This document shows positions 24,200 to 36,359 of a stretch of 64,000 bases of DNA, piece by piece (position 1 is the stretch's first letter; every line of letters starts with the position of its first letter). Origin of the DNA: Zygnema circumcarinatum SAG 698-1b. Its lineage: Eukaryota > Plantae > Zygnematophyceae. The stretch lies in contig CM074815.1 of the NCBI GenBank assembly GCA_037447605.1, positions 806,001 to 870,000 on the forward strand. Direction: 5' to 3'. Made by a program: the position numbers and the translations under genes. The notes below the pieces were generated by a model that saw nothing but the letters and a program-made list of their open reading frames with translations, ran no database searches and was not told the DNA's origin.

Positions 24200-27100
24200 A
24201 TGCCGACATTACGAGAATAGTATCCTTCTGAGTGAAACTGATTGGAGATCGATGTTTTCAGAGTCCTTTTTGGATGTTTGGCAGTTTTTGCTTCAAGATG
24301 AAACGGTAGTGAATCTTGATGGAGGAGAGTGTTGCAGTAAGCAGATCGAGGCATTAGTTTTGCAGCGTTGAAGTTTTGCAGAAAAATGAACAAAGGCCAG
24401 CTTTCTCTTTTTCGTCTGCGTGCCAATCTGTTCAGAAAGAAAGACTAGTTTCGGATGAAGTTGTTTTCTTGCAGTTTTTTGACGATCCTTCTTGATGATT
24501 AATACAAAACTTAACCATTTCGTAGTCGCATCATCATGCCCTTCACAGTGGAAGAGGTAAGCAATATTGTACGCTGCAGATTGTTATGTGATTTTGTCCG
24601 TATATGTGCGTCCCCATTGTTGCGATTGTTTCTGCTTTTAGGCTATTGTCTAGATCGCCTTCCTATTGCAGATACTTTCAGGACGTCTGTACTCTTCGGT
24701 CCGCATATCTCCTTCAACCATTTCTTTTCTTGCTGCACTGATTCGTGTCTTTAAGCCTTTCAGTGCCATTCTGATGAGTTGCGAATGGCGGATGTCTGCA
24801 GTACCGAATTGCTCAACTGTACATGGTGGCTAAGTTTAGTGCGGCAGAATCTGGGGGAAATGACGGCGATGGTGTGGAGATTTTGAAGAATGAACCGTAT
24901 AAGGATGAAGTACGCAGCGGGCAGTATACTCACAAAATTTATCACCTTGCAAGGTTGGCCGTTGTGTCACTGTAGACTATTGCCGAGTCTTAGCCACTGT
25001 CTTTGAGTTTTGAGTTCCATTTCGCATTACTCATTGTCCATGGACAGTGGTTGCATAGCATGGCAAACTTCTACTTTGGTGTCTCATGTTTGGTGATGCG
25101 AGACAAGTATCTCAGGGCTCAGGGCAGTTGTGAATACGGTGACCACTTTAGTTTTTGTAATATTGTGAATCATGTTTGCTTGGTCTTTGAAAATGCTTGG
25201 AGTCTTTTTGAAAAGTTGTTCATTCGTTGCATAATGTGTTTGGCAGCAAGTTACCATCATGGGTGGTGGCGCTTATTCCTAAAAAAGCTTTAATGCTCGA
25301 TGAGAAAGCATGGAATGCCTATCCATACTGCCTGACTGGTGAGCTTTCTGGACAAAACTTGCGATGTCTAGACAAGGAAAGTTCTCCCTTTTTTTCATTC
25401 TTTCTTATTTTTCTGAAGGACTGCGTGTCTGTATTTCTCTCTCCTCCGCTTGTACGTGCAGTTGTGGCCAGTTCTGAGCTCTTATCCCTATAACTTGCAA
25501 CAAATATAGAAATTACGAGTGTGTGTGAGAGAGAGAGGGGGATCACTTAATGGATAAAGCTGACGGCAGGCCGTTTGGGGTATTGGGGGAAATCTGTTTC
25601 ATCTGTTTCGTGGTTATGCGTTGGGCCCAGTCCTGACGGTAAGTGCACTACTTCTGACGTGGTCTCTCAGTTTTACTTCATTCTTTTGCTTACAATTTTC
25701 AAAATTTCTGTGCTTCTCTTGGAGTGGAAGAAAAGAGAGGACGAAAGTCTTTTTGGTTAGTGGTGGAAAAGCTGCACCCGTTTCTTGTAGTGATCGCGCA
25801 AAAACGTTGTAAGAAGTATTGCTAACTTTCCTTCCTCTCTCTTCCTTTTTATTCCATTTTATAACAGAGCCCCTATTTTACGAAATTCAAGTTACAGCTG
25901 GAGTCCCTCCATGTTGCTGATAGGTCTGAATCTGAAAATGTAAGTTTCCCATCTATGGATGGTGCCCCTATCTAGTTTTGTGTGCAGAAGCAGAAGAGTA
26001 ACCACTCTTTCTCTATTGTACGGAAATTGAGAAACACGGAATGCAGGCAGGTAAAGTCTGGAATGGTCTTCTATTCGTTTTTGAAACCACCTGCATGGAG
26101 AAACATTTCTTAATTTTTTGCTAGCAAACCAATAGGGATGCGGAAAAATAATATCCGCCTAGAAATGCAGTGTCTGTCTTATTTGACAGGGCTACTTGAA
26201 TGTGCTCGTCTTTCCGGATTCTTCTAACCTCCAATCTTTTTTTGGTGTTTTCATTTTTCAGGCCCTAAATTGTGACCCGGAAGCCTTGAGCAAGCGTATC
26301 GTGGAACATATTGACATTGGCGAAGACCCGGTGGACACTTATGTGGCGGCAGAGGACCCTGCCAAGTTCAAGTCTCAAAAAACAGGGAGAGGTCCTCTGA
26401 CTCCAGGATGGGCGGTAGGTCTTTTTGTCCTCCCAGTCACACACTGAAAATAGTTTAGCAGTTTTTTGTATTTGGATCAAAACCTGGTTGTGTTTGCGAG
26501 GTTGATCGCCACAGTAGGACACAGTATTGAAACCTTGCCCTTTTGATAGGACGAGCATCATCATAATCTGCATAGGCCTTAGTTACTCGCTATTCAAGTT
26601 AAAGCGATGGATCTGAAGTTTGCCAGATTTGATGTAACAAACTTTGTTAGGCTGGAACGTAATGTACAGCAGACTCTGAGCTCGTAAATTCCCACTTGTA
26701 GAAAACAATAGACGAGCCCTCTTCGTCTACTCTCGTGCGTCTGTGGATGAGATGTTTGCTACCTGTTTGGCTTAGCTGGCAAAAGTTGATCGTATGTTCA
26801 TAGGCGCATAGAAGCTTCTTTTTTTGTCGATTGGTTTCAAACTCACTTTGATGACTTTGATGACTCTCTTACCGCTCTCATTGTATGAACGACCTTGATT
26901 TTATGTAGTTAAGCCGGGCTCGTCAGACAGATTGAGATATGAACGGGACTTCGTGATGACAGAGGATATTGGGTATACATTTTAGGCAGTGCAGTGGGAA
27001 AGTCAGGATCAACGATGTTGAAGTGGATTTTCTTCTAGCCAAAGTTCACTTAACCTTTTTCCTTGCAATTTTGAACTTAGATGAAACTTTTTAGTAGCCT

Positions 27101-28372
27101 TCCACTGAACTTCTTAGTCGGCCTGTTTTCTCTCTATGCAGCAAACGTGTGTTCCAGTGATGACGGCTTACAAGCTAGTCCATGTGGATGTTCCATACTG
27201 GGGCTTCGGCACTCGCCTTGAAAAATACATCTCTAAGGTGTGAACAGCGATTCTTATGTTCGGCTTGTCAGTTTAATCATCAGAAAATTAAGTTGAGAGC
27301 CTGTAGCTGAAGCTATAACAGGTTGAAATGCCGAATTCCTACATTGGAATGTGGTCTGTCTGGGAGAGCAGACGGTGCAGCGGAAGGTTCAGACGGAGGG
27401 AAATCGAAAGGCCTTTTGTTGGATTGATGAATGGATCGGCCTTACTATGGCAGACATTCGCAAGATGGAGGATGAAACATTCGACCGATTAAATAAGGCA
27501 CGTCTACTTCCCTGTGTTGGAAGTCCTCATGGCTGTTAAGTGGTCGCCAAAGGAGTGAGAGTGGGGAGGGAGGAAGATGTGGAGGGGCGAAGGGAGAGAG
27601 GCAAGGAGGGAGGGCAAAGGGAGGGAGGGAAGGGAGGCAGGAGGTCAATAGAAGAATTGCAAATTGTCTCCGTTATCAGAGAGACAAGGAGAGATAGCCG
27701 TGAATGGAGATTTTGTCATTTGATTCCCTGCATCAAACCCTGGAATCCCTTAAGCCATGTGAGACAGAGGTTGAAATTCATAATTTTTTCTTTTATTTCA
27801 GGAGAGAGAGGCTCGGAAGGGTCAGATGGCCAGCCATGATTCTATGGAGGACTTGACCGGGGAGCGCCTTGTAGCGGTATTTGTTCCTTTTCTATGCACC
27901 CATTACCTGTTCTAGGAAGTGACAGGGATCAGCTTATGGCAGACCTATACGCCCGTTGCCACTTTTTCTTTACATTTTCTTACTTTTCCTGGACGTTGGG
28001 CCATTTTTTGCTTACAATGGTTTGGGGGTTTCAAACTTACATCCGAATGCTGTGAGGCCAACTTGTCCTTGGCCAGTTAGTGGGATTTGGGGTTCTCCTA
28101 GTCTCTTGGATGCTGAGGACTCCCCTTCAAGCTGGAAAAACTTGGAACAAGTTTGCCACTCAGAAATGCCCCTGGGTTTAATCGCATTATTTGAATTTGA
28201 AGATTTTACATTTTTCACATGTGAATCCGGACGTAACAGATCACCCTAAAGAGGTACGTAACATATTCTCGTGTAATTGAGAGCACTGAAACTGACGTGC
28301 CTTGCATTTCTTTGCTGTGCTCAGGAAGTAGGACGGAGAGGAGAGAGCATGGAACGCGAAATTCCTGCTTAA
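24200..28372 (+). CDS. Phosphatidylinositol transfer protein, START-like IP_trans (PITPalpha/beta-type) family
   Basis: Exons 24200-24219, 24526-24556, 24802-24953, 25247-25338, 25631-25638, 25868-25939, 26262-26414, 27142-27237, 27372-27497 (GC donor), 27802-27876, 28325-28372 (last exon tentative); [24 protein letters not shown]...[10 protein letters not shown]...[10 protein letters not shown]...KTGRGPL...MTAYKLV...[16 protein letters not shown]. Confidence 0.9.
24220..24525 (+). other. U12-type GT-AG first intron of PITP
   Basis: Donor GTATCCTT, CTTAAC branch about 11 nt from the AG, no long pyrimidine tract; splicing restores LREY-RII. Confidence 0.75.
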
Positions 28373-28629
28373 TTTTGGCGGCGGCTCCATCTTGAAGAAG
28401 ATTCGTTTTGGAAGGTTTCGGGTTTAGCTATTCAAGAAGCCTTTGGGCCGTATTTTTTATTGAAAAGGGCGGTGCTGAAGTGGCATTGCGTTTTTCATGT
28501 GTATCAGTTTTAACGGATCCTGGTTGCTGGACAGTATGGGATGGCACGCTATTGCCACGTTCGGCCAGAATTTTTTTCGGATATGTAAACGAAAACGTTT
28601 GTATGATGAAATAGGTCTATTATTGTAAG

Positions 28630-28955
28630 TGGAATTTGAGTTGAACCAAACTGAACTGATCTGGAAGTGCACTGCAGTGAATTGGAGTGACTTATCTGAA
28701 TTGCGCTTACCTGTAAGTGATCTGAACTGCACTAAATCAGACTGAAGGAAACAGAACTGGATTAACTGGATATAAGCAAATCTGCGCAGGTTGCCCATTG
28801 GGTCGGCAACCACTGGACAGGATTGGTTGACAATCACTGCAATGTTTGGCAATAGTGCCATCCAATGGCTCGGAACCATTGGCAACGTTGGCAACCATCT
28901 GATCCAATCGTTCGCGACCATTGCAATGGTTAGTCCAATATTGGGTCCGACCTTT
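28630..28955. repeat. Degenerate (AACTG)n pentamer tract followed by degenerate ~40-bp CCAAT/ATTG-rich repeats
   Basis: 5-bp periodicity at 28630-28780; imperfect direct repeats at 28790-28955. Confidence 0.55.
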
Positions 28956-29396
28956 GCAGACCTGGATTGGATGGAAGCGGGGTGGAGCACATGAAACATC
29001 TTTTTCCTTGATTTATGCTAAACGCACCTCAGACATCTTTCCTGCATGGTTTTCAATTAGCATACTGATACACTCTGTCAAAAGCTACCAAATAACAAGC
29101 AAGATTTGAGCATTGTGGAAACTTGCGTAGATTCTGAAAAGCATGAGCCCCTAGGCGAGTAGATAGGAAGGCAGGGAAAAAAGGGGAGTGAGAGACAGGA
29201 AAAGAGGGTGAGAGAGATAGAGAGAGAGAGAGAGAAGACCAGGCAGGGAGAGAGTGCTGTAGGAAATGGAATCAAGGGACCAAGGGATGGAAAATTCTCA
29301 ATAATGAAAATACCACACTCATAATACACCAGCTACATCCTAGCTGGATTTAAGCGTGCTGTTTCCTTTTGCCCATTGCTCTCCTAAAAATGGAGT

Positions 29397-32300
29397 TCAC
29401 GTGAGTGTGACAGAAGCATGACTTCGCAAAAACTCCGGAACTTGGTCGAAGGGAACACTCTCCAAACGAGCGACCTGCTCCATACACTCAAAACCAACAA
29501 AATTGCAGCGCCAAAGAAAGCCCCCCCAAAAATTTCACAATGTAAGCCCTGTGTTTCCGCCCTATTATGCATACACACACCCCATGCATGCACACATATC
29601 GTGTACGCATACATACTTACACCCCACATGCATGCGTAAACACTATTCATGCATAAATACGCCCAAATGCATGTTTACATACTATGTATGTACGCCCGCA
29701 TATATATATGGCGGGCATGGTTACATTTTTGAATCGGGTGAGCCATTAGAAGTGCCGCCAGAAACCTCTCCAGAATTGCTCACCGCTTCTACCAACCTAT
29801 GGATATGAATTTTTGGGTGTTCCTATTCTCCCAATGATTCTTGAACTCCCTACCTCTAGGGTGACTCCCTTCCACTACTAGCGCTCTCCCCCACACTTCT
29901 CCCTACGGCTCTTTCGAAAAGGCAGCATAAGGACATGGTAAAACAGACCCTCTGAATCGGTACAAAATGCAACATCAAGATGGCAGAGAAGCCGAGCACG
30001 AGAGCAAATCTGATAGCCTTCACACGTGGAAATTTTGAGAGAGTGTATGGCAGTATCATCATACCTCTTCCTGAAGGAGGTTCCACTTGAAGTCTCGCAA
30101 CGATTTCACACCAAACTTGGCCCATGTGACGCTGGCTGCTACCTGCCATTCCATACATACAGAGTCCAAGTCGTCTGTTGACTGAAGTAGCGCTCCGAGC
30201 AACATCTCTCTCCCATATTTACTCACAGAGCCAAAAAGGTCTTGCGGGAAAATGGCTAACTTAGGGTCAGACTAAGTTACCTTCTGATAGTGGACTTGAA
30301 AATTCTCCCAATCACAAACATGAAACATCTATACATTCTTATCCCCTTCGGAGAAGAAAGGCATCTGAGCTGGCAATCAGTCAGAGATGTCCACAACCAT
30401 CTAGTATCTCAGTTTTGTTTAAGGGAAATGGGAGTACGGCAGTTTATTTCTATAGGGCTCACCTTTTCCACGTCAGCCTCTGATGAGTCCAAGAAAATGT
30501 CCCGAATTTGCAGATCGATCGCCTGATTGGTGGCCCTCTCTGCGGCTGCATTTAGCTCAGCTTCCACTGCCTTTCTGCAGTTTCCAAAAGAGCAGATTAG
30601 GTCCTTTCCGCAGTTCGTACCATTGCCAAAGCCAATTTCCTGTTTGCTCCACATGTATTTCCATGTTTCATCAATCAACAGTAGGTTATTTTGCTTTGGT
30701 TACTTTCATATTCAAGAGCATGCATCCCTGATTTACCCTTACATAAATCTTGGATAGTCATAGAGCCGGAGATCACTACAAATGGCGGAACTTTTGGCAA
30801 GGTCCCTGGCTTTGGATTTATGAGACAATCTTATTTTTTATTTTTTTTCTATCGTCGATACAAGTTTTCATCAGACAAAAGCGTAACTCTGAGGCAACGT
30901 AAGAATGTTGAGAAATCTATTGCAAATGCTACGCAGATCTTGCTTTATTTCAAAAAAGAGAAGACAACTACCTCTGTTCGTCCGAAGAACGACCGTCCAC
31001 TTCAAGCACCTTCTTCACACCAATAGCCGTCACAGTTACGGTAAACTGCGCCCTGCCACATGGACCGCATATCCTCCGAAAAAGGTCAAAGGCTGCCATC
31101 CACAGCAGTGCTTCTATGCACAAGAAATAGGTAATGCAGCGAATTCTATTACACGACTGAGTAGCAATTTTGCAAGGCCTTGAAAACAACCGAGTGATTG
31201 GTCATGCGCCCATCCTCAAAGAATGGGCCGCCTACATGTCGATTAACAGGTCGAGGAAAGATTGAAGGTTGCCCATTAGCAAGCATGTACAGGTACGATA
31301 AGTGGGAAATATTATACAGGCCTAGGATGAGGGTAGTAGGCAGCACCTACTTCACGCCTGCAAGCGCCTTGGCTTTGTAGTCTGATGGGAATTGCAGTCG
31401 AAATGTCTTGCTCTCTTCCTAAAGTACAGATCACCCCCCTCTGTGTTAAGTACAAAAATGTTCCTCACTGTTTCCTCCCGCGAGATCCCCATAGTCTACA
31501 AGAGTATGCATGAATGGATGCACTACCTTATCAAGAATCATTTGGAGTTTGTACCAAAGGTCACACGACCTTAGCTGACTTGGAGTTCAAAGTAATTTCT
31601 TAATCTTGAGTTGGTCTCTAATGAGAAAAATGGTCCGCCCTTGATCAAGCCAAATTAACTGAACTCCAAGTCGATTGCAAAAATGAGCCATTTTGTGAAG
31701 GAATGCATCTAATTCACGAGAATTCGTTGTGCTTTGTATGGCCGAAGATGGTAAACCCACAACACAATTCACAGTGAGACAGCAGATAAACGACGTTGCA
31801 ACAATTCCACTCAGAATATGACTACATGTAAATAGCAGAGTCATCTATTATAGCAGAAATAGGCCATACCTGGCCCATGCCAGCCTTCGTTATCTCATTG
31901 ACAAATGACTTCCATGGCTCATCATCTCGCTCCTGCACTTTTCCTCCCGCATAGAAACATCAGTTCACCATTCATGCATAGTTCAAGCACAGTAGTATAT
32001 GATTCAGCTTCTGCTCTCAGTTAAAACCCGACCAGATTGGGCTGCAACTCTTTACCTTCAGCTCTAGCTCATAGTTGTCGGCCTTGGTGCCTTTAATCAA
32101 CTGGCCTGCATTCGGACCCTCGATGTACTTCCCCTCAAACCTGAGAACAACCTGATATATCCTCATCAAACCACATAACACACTCTCAGTACTAGGTCTG
32201 CTCCACTGCAGGCAGCTCAGTAAATGCGATAACTTATCTTTATTTTTCCTTGTTTTTCCCTTTCCCTTATAAAGGTATTCAACAAAAAAACGGACCGTGT

Positions 32301-33727
32301 GACCAATTTTGGCGCCCGAGCCAGTGAAGTTGATGCGCTCCAACACATACTTCTTATCCATCTTTTCCTTGTATGCCTGGCACAGTACATTTTAGTGTCG
32401 TGTTAGATGCCAAAAGAGACTTTCGGTCATCCAAGCAGCAGTACACGAGGGAAACATGATTAGCAAAGGTGAGAAAAGAAGGCAAATATTGTTTCTTATC
32501 GAAGAGTGCAATCAAGACAAAACATTCAATAGAAAGAGAAGTGGTAAAGAAAACAGCAGGCAAACATTAGGTTCTGATAAAGAGGAACTGTCACATGGAA
32601 ATTGAGATCAAGGAGGGTAGTGGGCAAGGGCAGTGGTGCCAACCTTCTCAATCTCCTCTGGAGTGACCTGGCATACATGAAGCAAAGAATGAACATGGTG
32701 AGAATGGCAGCAGAAGCTGACTACCGCATACTCAGCACACAGAGTAGAAAGGAAGAATTTCCGTAATACAGAAATAAAAGGGACGAGGCTTACATAGCTA
32801 CAATTAGAATCAACATGCACCAAAGAAGGCTTTTGCGAAAAAGAAACAGCTTTAATTGGCCCACAGCATATGCACGAGGACAAGAAAAAGGCCAAAGTAA
32901 GCCTGCCTTGGGGGCTGGAGCTGAAACCTTTATGGCGCCATCTTTGTATGGCCCCAACACAACACGAACTTTCTGTTCCGAACGAACCTCCGCCCGAACG
33001 AGGGGCTCATGCTTTCGGACTGCGAGCTGTCACATACATTGTGAAAGAGGAGTCAGGATGACTTGAACAGAGAGAAAAACTTGAACAAATAGAAACGGAA
33101 CAAGTCCTAACTGTGCCACAAGTCATAGGTCAACATTGCTGATAAAGGGAGCAGGCTTTATGGATTAGCATGAAGATGGAAAGATGCTCATGGCGGCAAA
33201 AGAGGTGCAGATGTGCCGCATCTCTATAATAGTAACGCCAATATCGAACGGAAAATTCCCTTGATGCACCCGAGCTCGAATTTTCGTTTTAATGTAAATT
33301 CTGAGGCTTTCGTTAGTGTCTGCTTTTTCTGTCTTCTCGTGACATTCCACTTAATGAAAATTCCTGGTCCTGGCAGCTGATGAGGGAAGAACAATAGTTC
33401 TGAACAAAGCAGATGATCGCCAGTAACCCTGAAGCTGCTTGAAAGGACGCTTTTTTTAAGACATCACGAGTCGTGGATATCTGTTCTTCCTCCACTCCTG
33501 GTTCTCTTGTCGAATGTCAGCAACACTCTCACCTTTTGATTGGAGCAAGGGGAAGCTCTTTGTCGAAATTCGTTGCTGCTTTTCAGCCACGATGAGCAGA
33601 GACCAGATTCAGGATTCGACTTCAGCGGGATACAGACAGCCAAAGGAGCCTCTCGTTCTGAGAAATTAACTGGTCCAGGCTTTGCCTGAACTCCAATTCT
33701 CGAACCACAAACTGCATTAGCGGCCAT
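29397..33727 (-). CDS. Plastid-targeted trigger-factor-like protein (linker, FKBP-type domain and short C-domain; no ribosome-binding domain), about 324 aa
   Basis: Exons 33727-33533, 33026-32928, 32667-32644, 32376-32296, 32151-32056, 31932-31870, 31418-31351, 31052-30972, 30574-30463, 30142-30065, 29474-29397 splice in frame; transit peptide ending LVRA; VVLGPYKDGAIKVTPEEIE; GAKIGHTVVLRFEGKYIEG...IKGTKADNYELEL...GMGQEESKTFRLQFPSDYKAKALAGVKAQFTVTV. Confidence 0.78.
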
Positions 33728-33814
33728 GCTTGCTTGCTCCTTAATGAGCAAAAAATATCTTCAGAGCCTCGCTCTGATGCTTCTCTGGTAAAGACTCTGC
33801 AGCTCTGGAAAGAC

Positions 33815-33915
33815 TCTCGAGTCCAATCCAAAGGATGCCAATCCCCAATTGTAAGTCCACACATTGCAGATCCACCCAATCAAAAAGTTTGCCCACCCAA
33901 TCAAAAGTCAGCAAT
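33815..33915. promoter_or_regulatory. CCAAT-box cluster in the bidirectional promoter between the trigger-factor-like gene and REV7
   Basis: Five CCAAT motifs, including a duplicated CCACCCAATCAAAA; start codons only ~550 bp apart. Confidence 0.5.
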
Positions 33916-34278
33916 TAGTGGAACCACATAGCGAATCCATAATCACGCGAAGGATCAACTGTTGATTCGTCTCGTTCTTCGAGGAAACAGGACTAGATGC
34001 ATTGAACTATGAGTTAACCTTGGCTGATAAAACCGTTGGAAGGTCTCTGATCTTGTAAGTAGACTCCAAATCCTCGAAAAGAATTGCTGCTAGAAACTGA
34101 ATGTTGAAAGCGCTCCAAATGTTTGGGAGCAGCTTTCGAGCAGACGGAGCTGCTCGCATAATAAGCATGCAGCTATTTGGGAAGCAGAAAGCCCTTATGT
34201 CTCCGGATGTGAAGAGCATTACTGATAGAACGAAAGTGTCAATCCTTTCTTCTGTTAAGTTTATTAGCCTATTTGTGT

Positions 34279-36359
34279 ATGGCACATTCCAAAGGTAAAA
34301 CCATATTTGTAAATGTTGGAGATGTCTATTTTGAGGATGGCCTGACATGGTTTGTGGAAGCTGCATCTGTTCCTGTGGATACGAGGTCACTCTTTTGTGT
34401 TTCCGCTGATGACCTATGTATAAGTCTTGTGTCGCAGATATATCTTACATCGCTTGTGAGTTTTTGGAAGTCGCCATCCAGTTGATTCTTTACGTAAGGG
34501 ACGTATATCCTGCAGGTTTGTGCTTTGCGATATTCCTAGCTTCTTTCTGCGTTCTCTGAACTTAATGGAGATAAACTCTTGTTCTCCTTCAACTAGAAAC
34601 TCATTCAGATTCCTATGTTTCAATATTTTGGGTAAAGTCGACTGACTAATCTTGACGTAAAGAGAAGAATGTCAAGTGGCAGACTGCTGAAGACAGCAAT
34701 GCAGGCAAGAGATCATTAGGAAAGTTGAATGTGAAATGCTCATGTTTCACGTTCAAGAGCTTTCTGTTCTCAAACGCAGTTGAATACATATCTCCACGTT
34801 TGTATGCAATTTTCAAGGACGCCGAAATCTGCAGAACCTCAGGACCGCAGAGGAAACCGCAGAAAACTTCAGTTGCTCATCTTTCGCTGAATGTAGTTGT
34901 ATGGTGTGAATTGACCCACTAAGATGTGATGGAAGACTGTAATGCAACTCGTCTTTTATGATCGATTTTCTCAGAAGTATTTGAGCGCCGGAGATATTGC
35001 GGAGTGTCTGTCCAATGGGCACGACATCCAGGGCTTCGGGACTACATACATACAACAGTGAGGAGCTTGGAATCATTGATACAGCAGGTTATAGCACGTG
35101 CCCTGCCTGCTTTGGATCCGCGTTCTCCATTTTGTTTATGATTATCCCCATGCGCAATTCAAACCAGAGCCAGACCCTCTGATGGTGTTTCGTTGAGCTT
35201 TGTATTCATTCACACGTTCTAATTCATGTGCTTAAATTTAGGAGTCCATTATTGATTGAGTTCGCATTTTTCGTCTTTGCATGCATTTGTTTTTGCAGTA
35301 GAATAGTATGCTGCTTATAGAAGTTTATACTGAATTTTAAGGACTTCCTTGATTCTTGCTCTAAGATTGACACTTGCAGGCTATAGAGGACTGAGCGCAA
35401 GAGTGTTAGTTTGTTCAATAATTGCGTGCCTGAAGTAAAGCGTGCCTGAAACGAAAGGGCCCCCTTGTGCTCGAAATTTCTTTTGCTCCCTTCTTGTGCC
35501 TGTATGCGAAAATTTCCGTATCCGTCCTTAAAGTTGATAAAGTTACAAGGAACAAAAGACAGGAAACTGACTTTCAAGCATGTTCTTCAAAGGAATTCAA
35601 AAGTTGTCCATGTGCTAAAACAACGGTACGTGGTTTCTTGAAAGAAGTCATGAGAATGGATGTCCCAAGGTATGCCATCTGATTTGGAATGAAGTTTCTT
35701 TGGCGTTATGTGCTTCAACCTTATTTGCAATTGGCTTCTGCGGGATGTATTTACTTTCCACTTCACTCTGGCTGCTTCAGGGAACAGTGGAGAAAATAGT
35801 TTTGGTCGTCTACGACGGGCAGAGGTGTCCTCTGGAACACTTTGTGTTTAGCGTTGGAGTGGACTTAACGTACAACGCTGCGGAGTTACCACAGGTCGAG
35901 CTGGAACATGCGTTGAGAGCATTTCTAGTCAAGATTTCTGTGTCAAATGCAACTTTGGGATCTCCACCCACTGGTAAGCTATTGCTGATTTACCTTTTGG
36001 TGCTGTGAAATGTCTAGTCAGTCACAGACTTTCAATTCCCTTCAAACATTTCGTCTTTCACTTCAGTTTACGTGCGTTCCTGGATAGATCTCTCTGTCAA
36101 GCATTGAATTTCCCAACAAGTAGTAGGTGGCTGTTTGATTATCCTACTGCTTCTCCTTGCAGATAGCACTTGGGAGCTTCTTGCATATTCTAAGGAGCTG
36201 CCGACAAGCACGTCCGAGGCAGGGAAGCTGTGGATAGCTGCAGAGGGGGGGCAGCTTGCCACGAATCGCAGCATAATTCCGGTCAAGTCACTGGCGAAGG
36301 GTCCGCTTCAGCTGCAGCTTCACGTGGAGCAGCCTTCTAAGGGCTCTGAGGACGCCTAA
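34279..36359 (+). CDS. REV7: REV7/MAD2L2 HORMA-domain protein (DNA polymerase zeta subunit)
   Basis: Exons 34279-34294, 34438-34515, 34975-35087, 35781-35973, 36163-36359: CEFLEVAIQLILYVRDVYPAEVFERRRY...WARHPGLRDYI...PLEHFVF...LRAFLVKISV...IIPVKSL...LQLHVEQP. Confidence 0.9.

Noticed and set aside
23551-24231. 226-aa ORF upstream of PITP
   Set aside because: It runs through a GC-rich promoter and GA-rich UTR, is low complexity and has no domain
29721-29796. Alternative last exon of the trigger-factor-like gene (VGRSGEQFWRGFWRHF)
   Set aside because: The 29474-29397 exon fits the trigger factor C-terminal pattern better; the alternative is not excluded without RNA data
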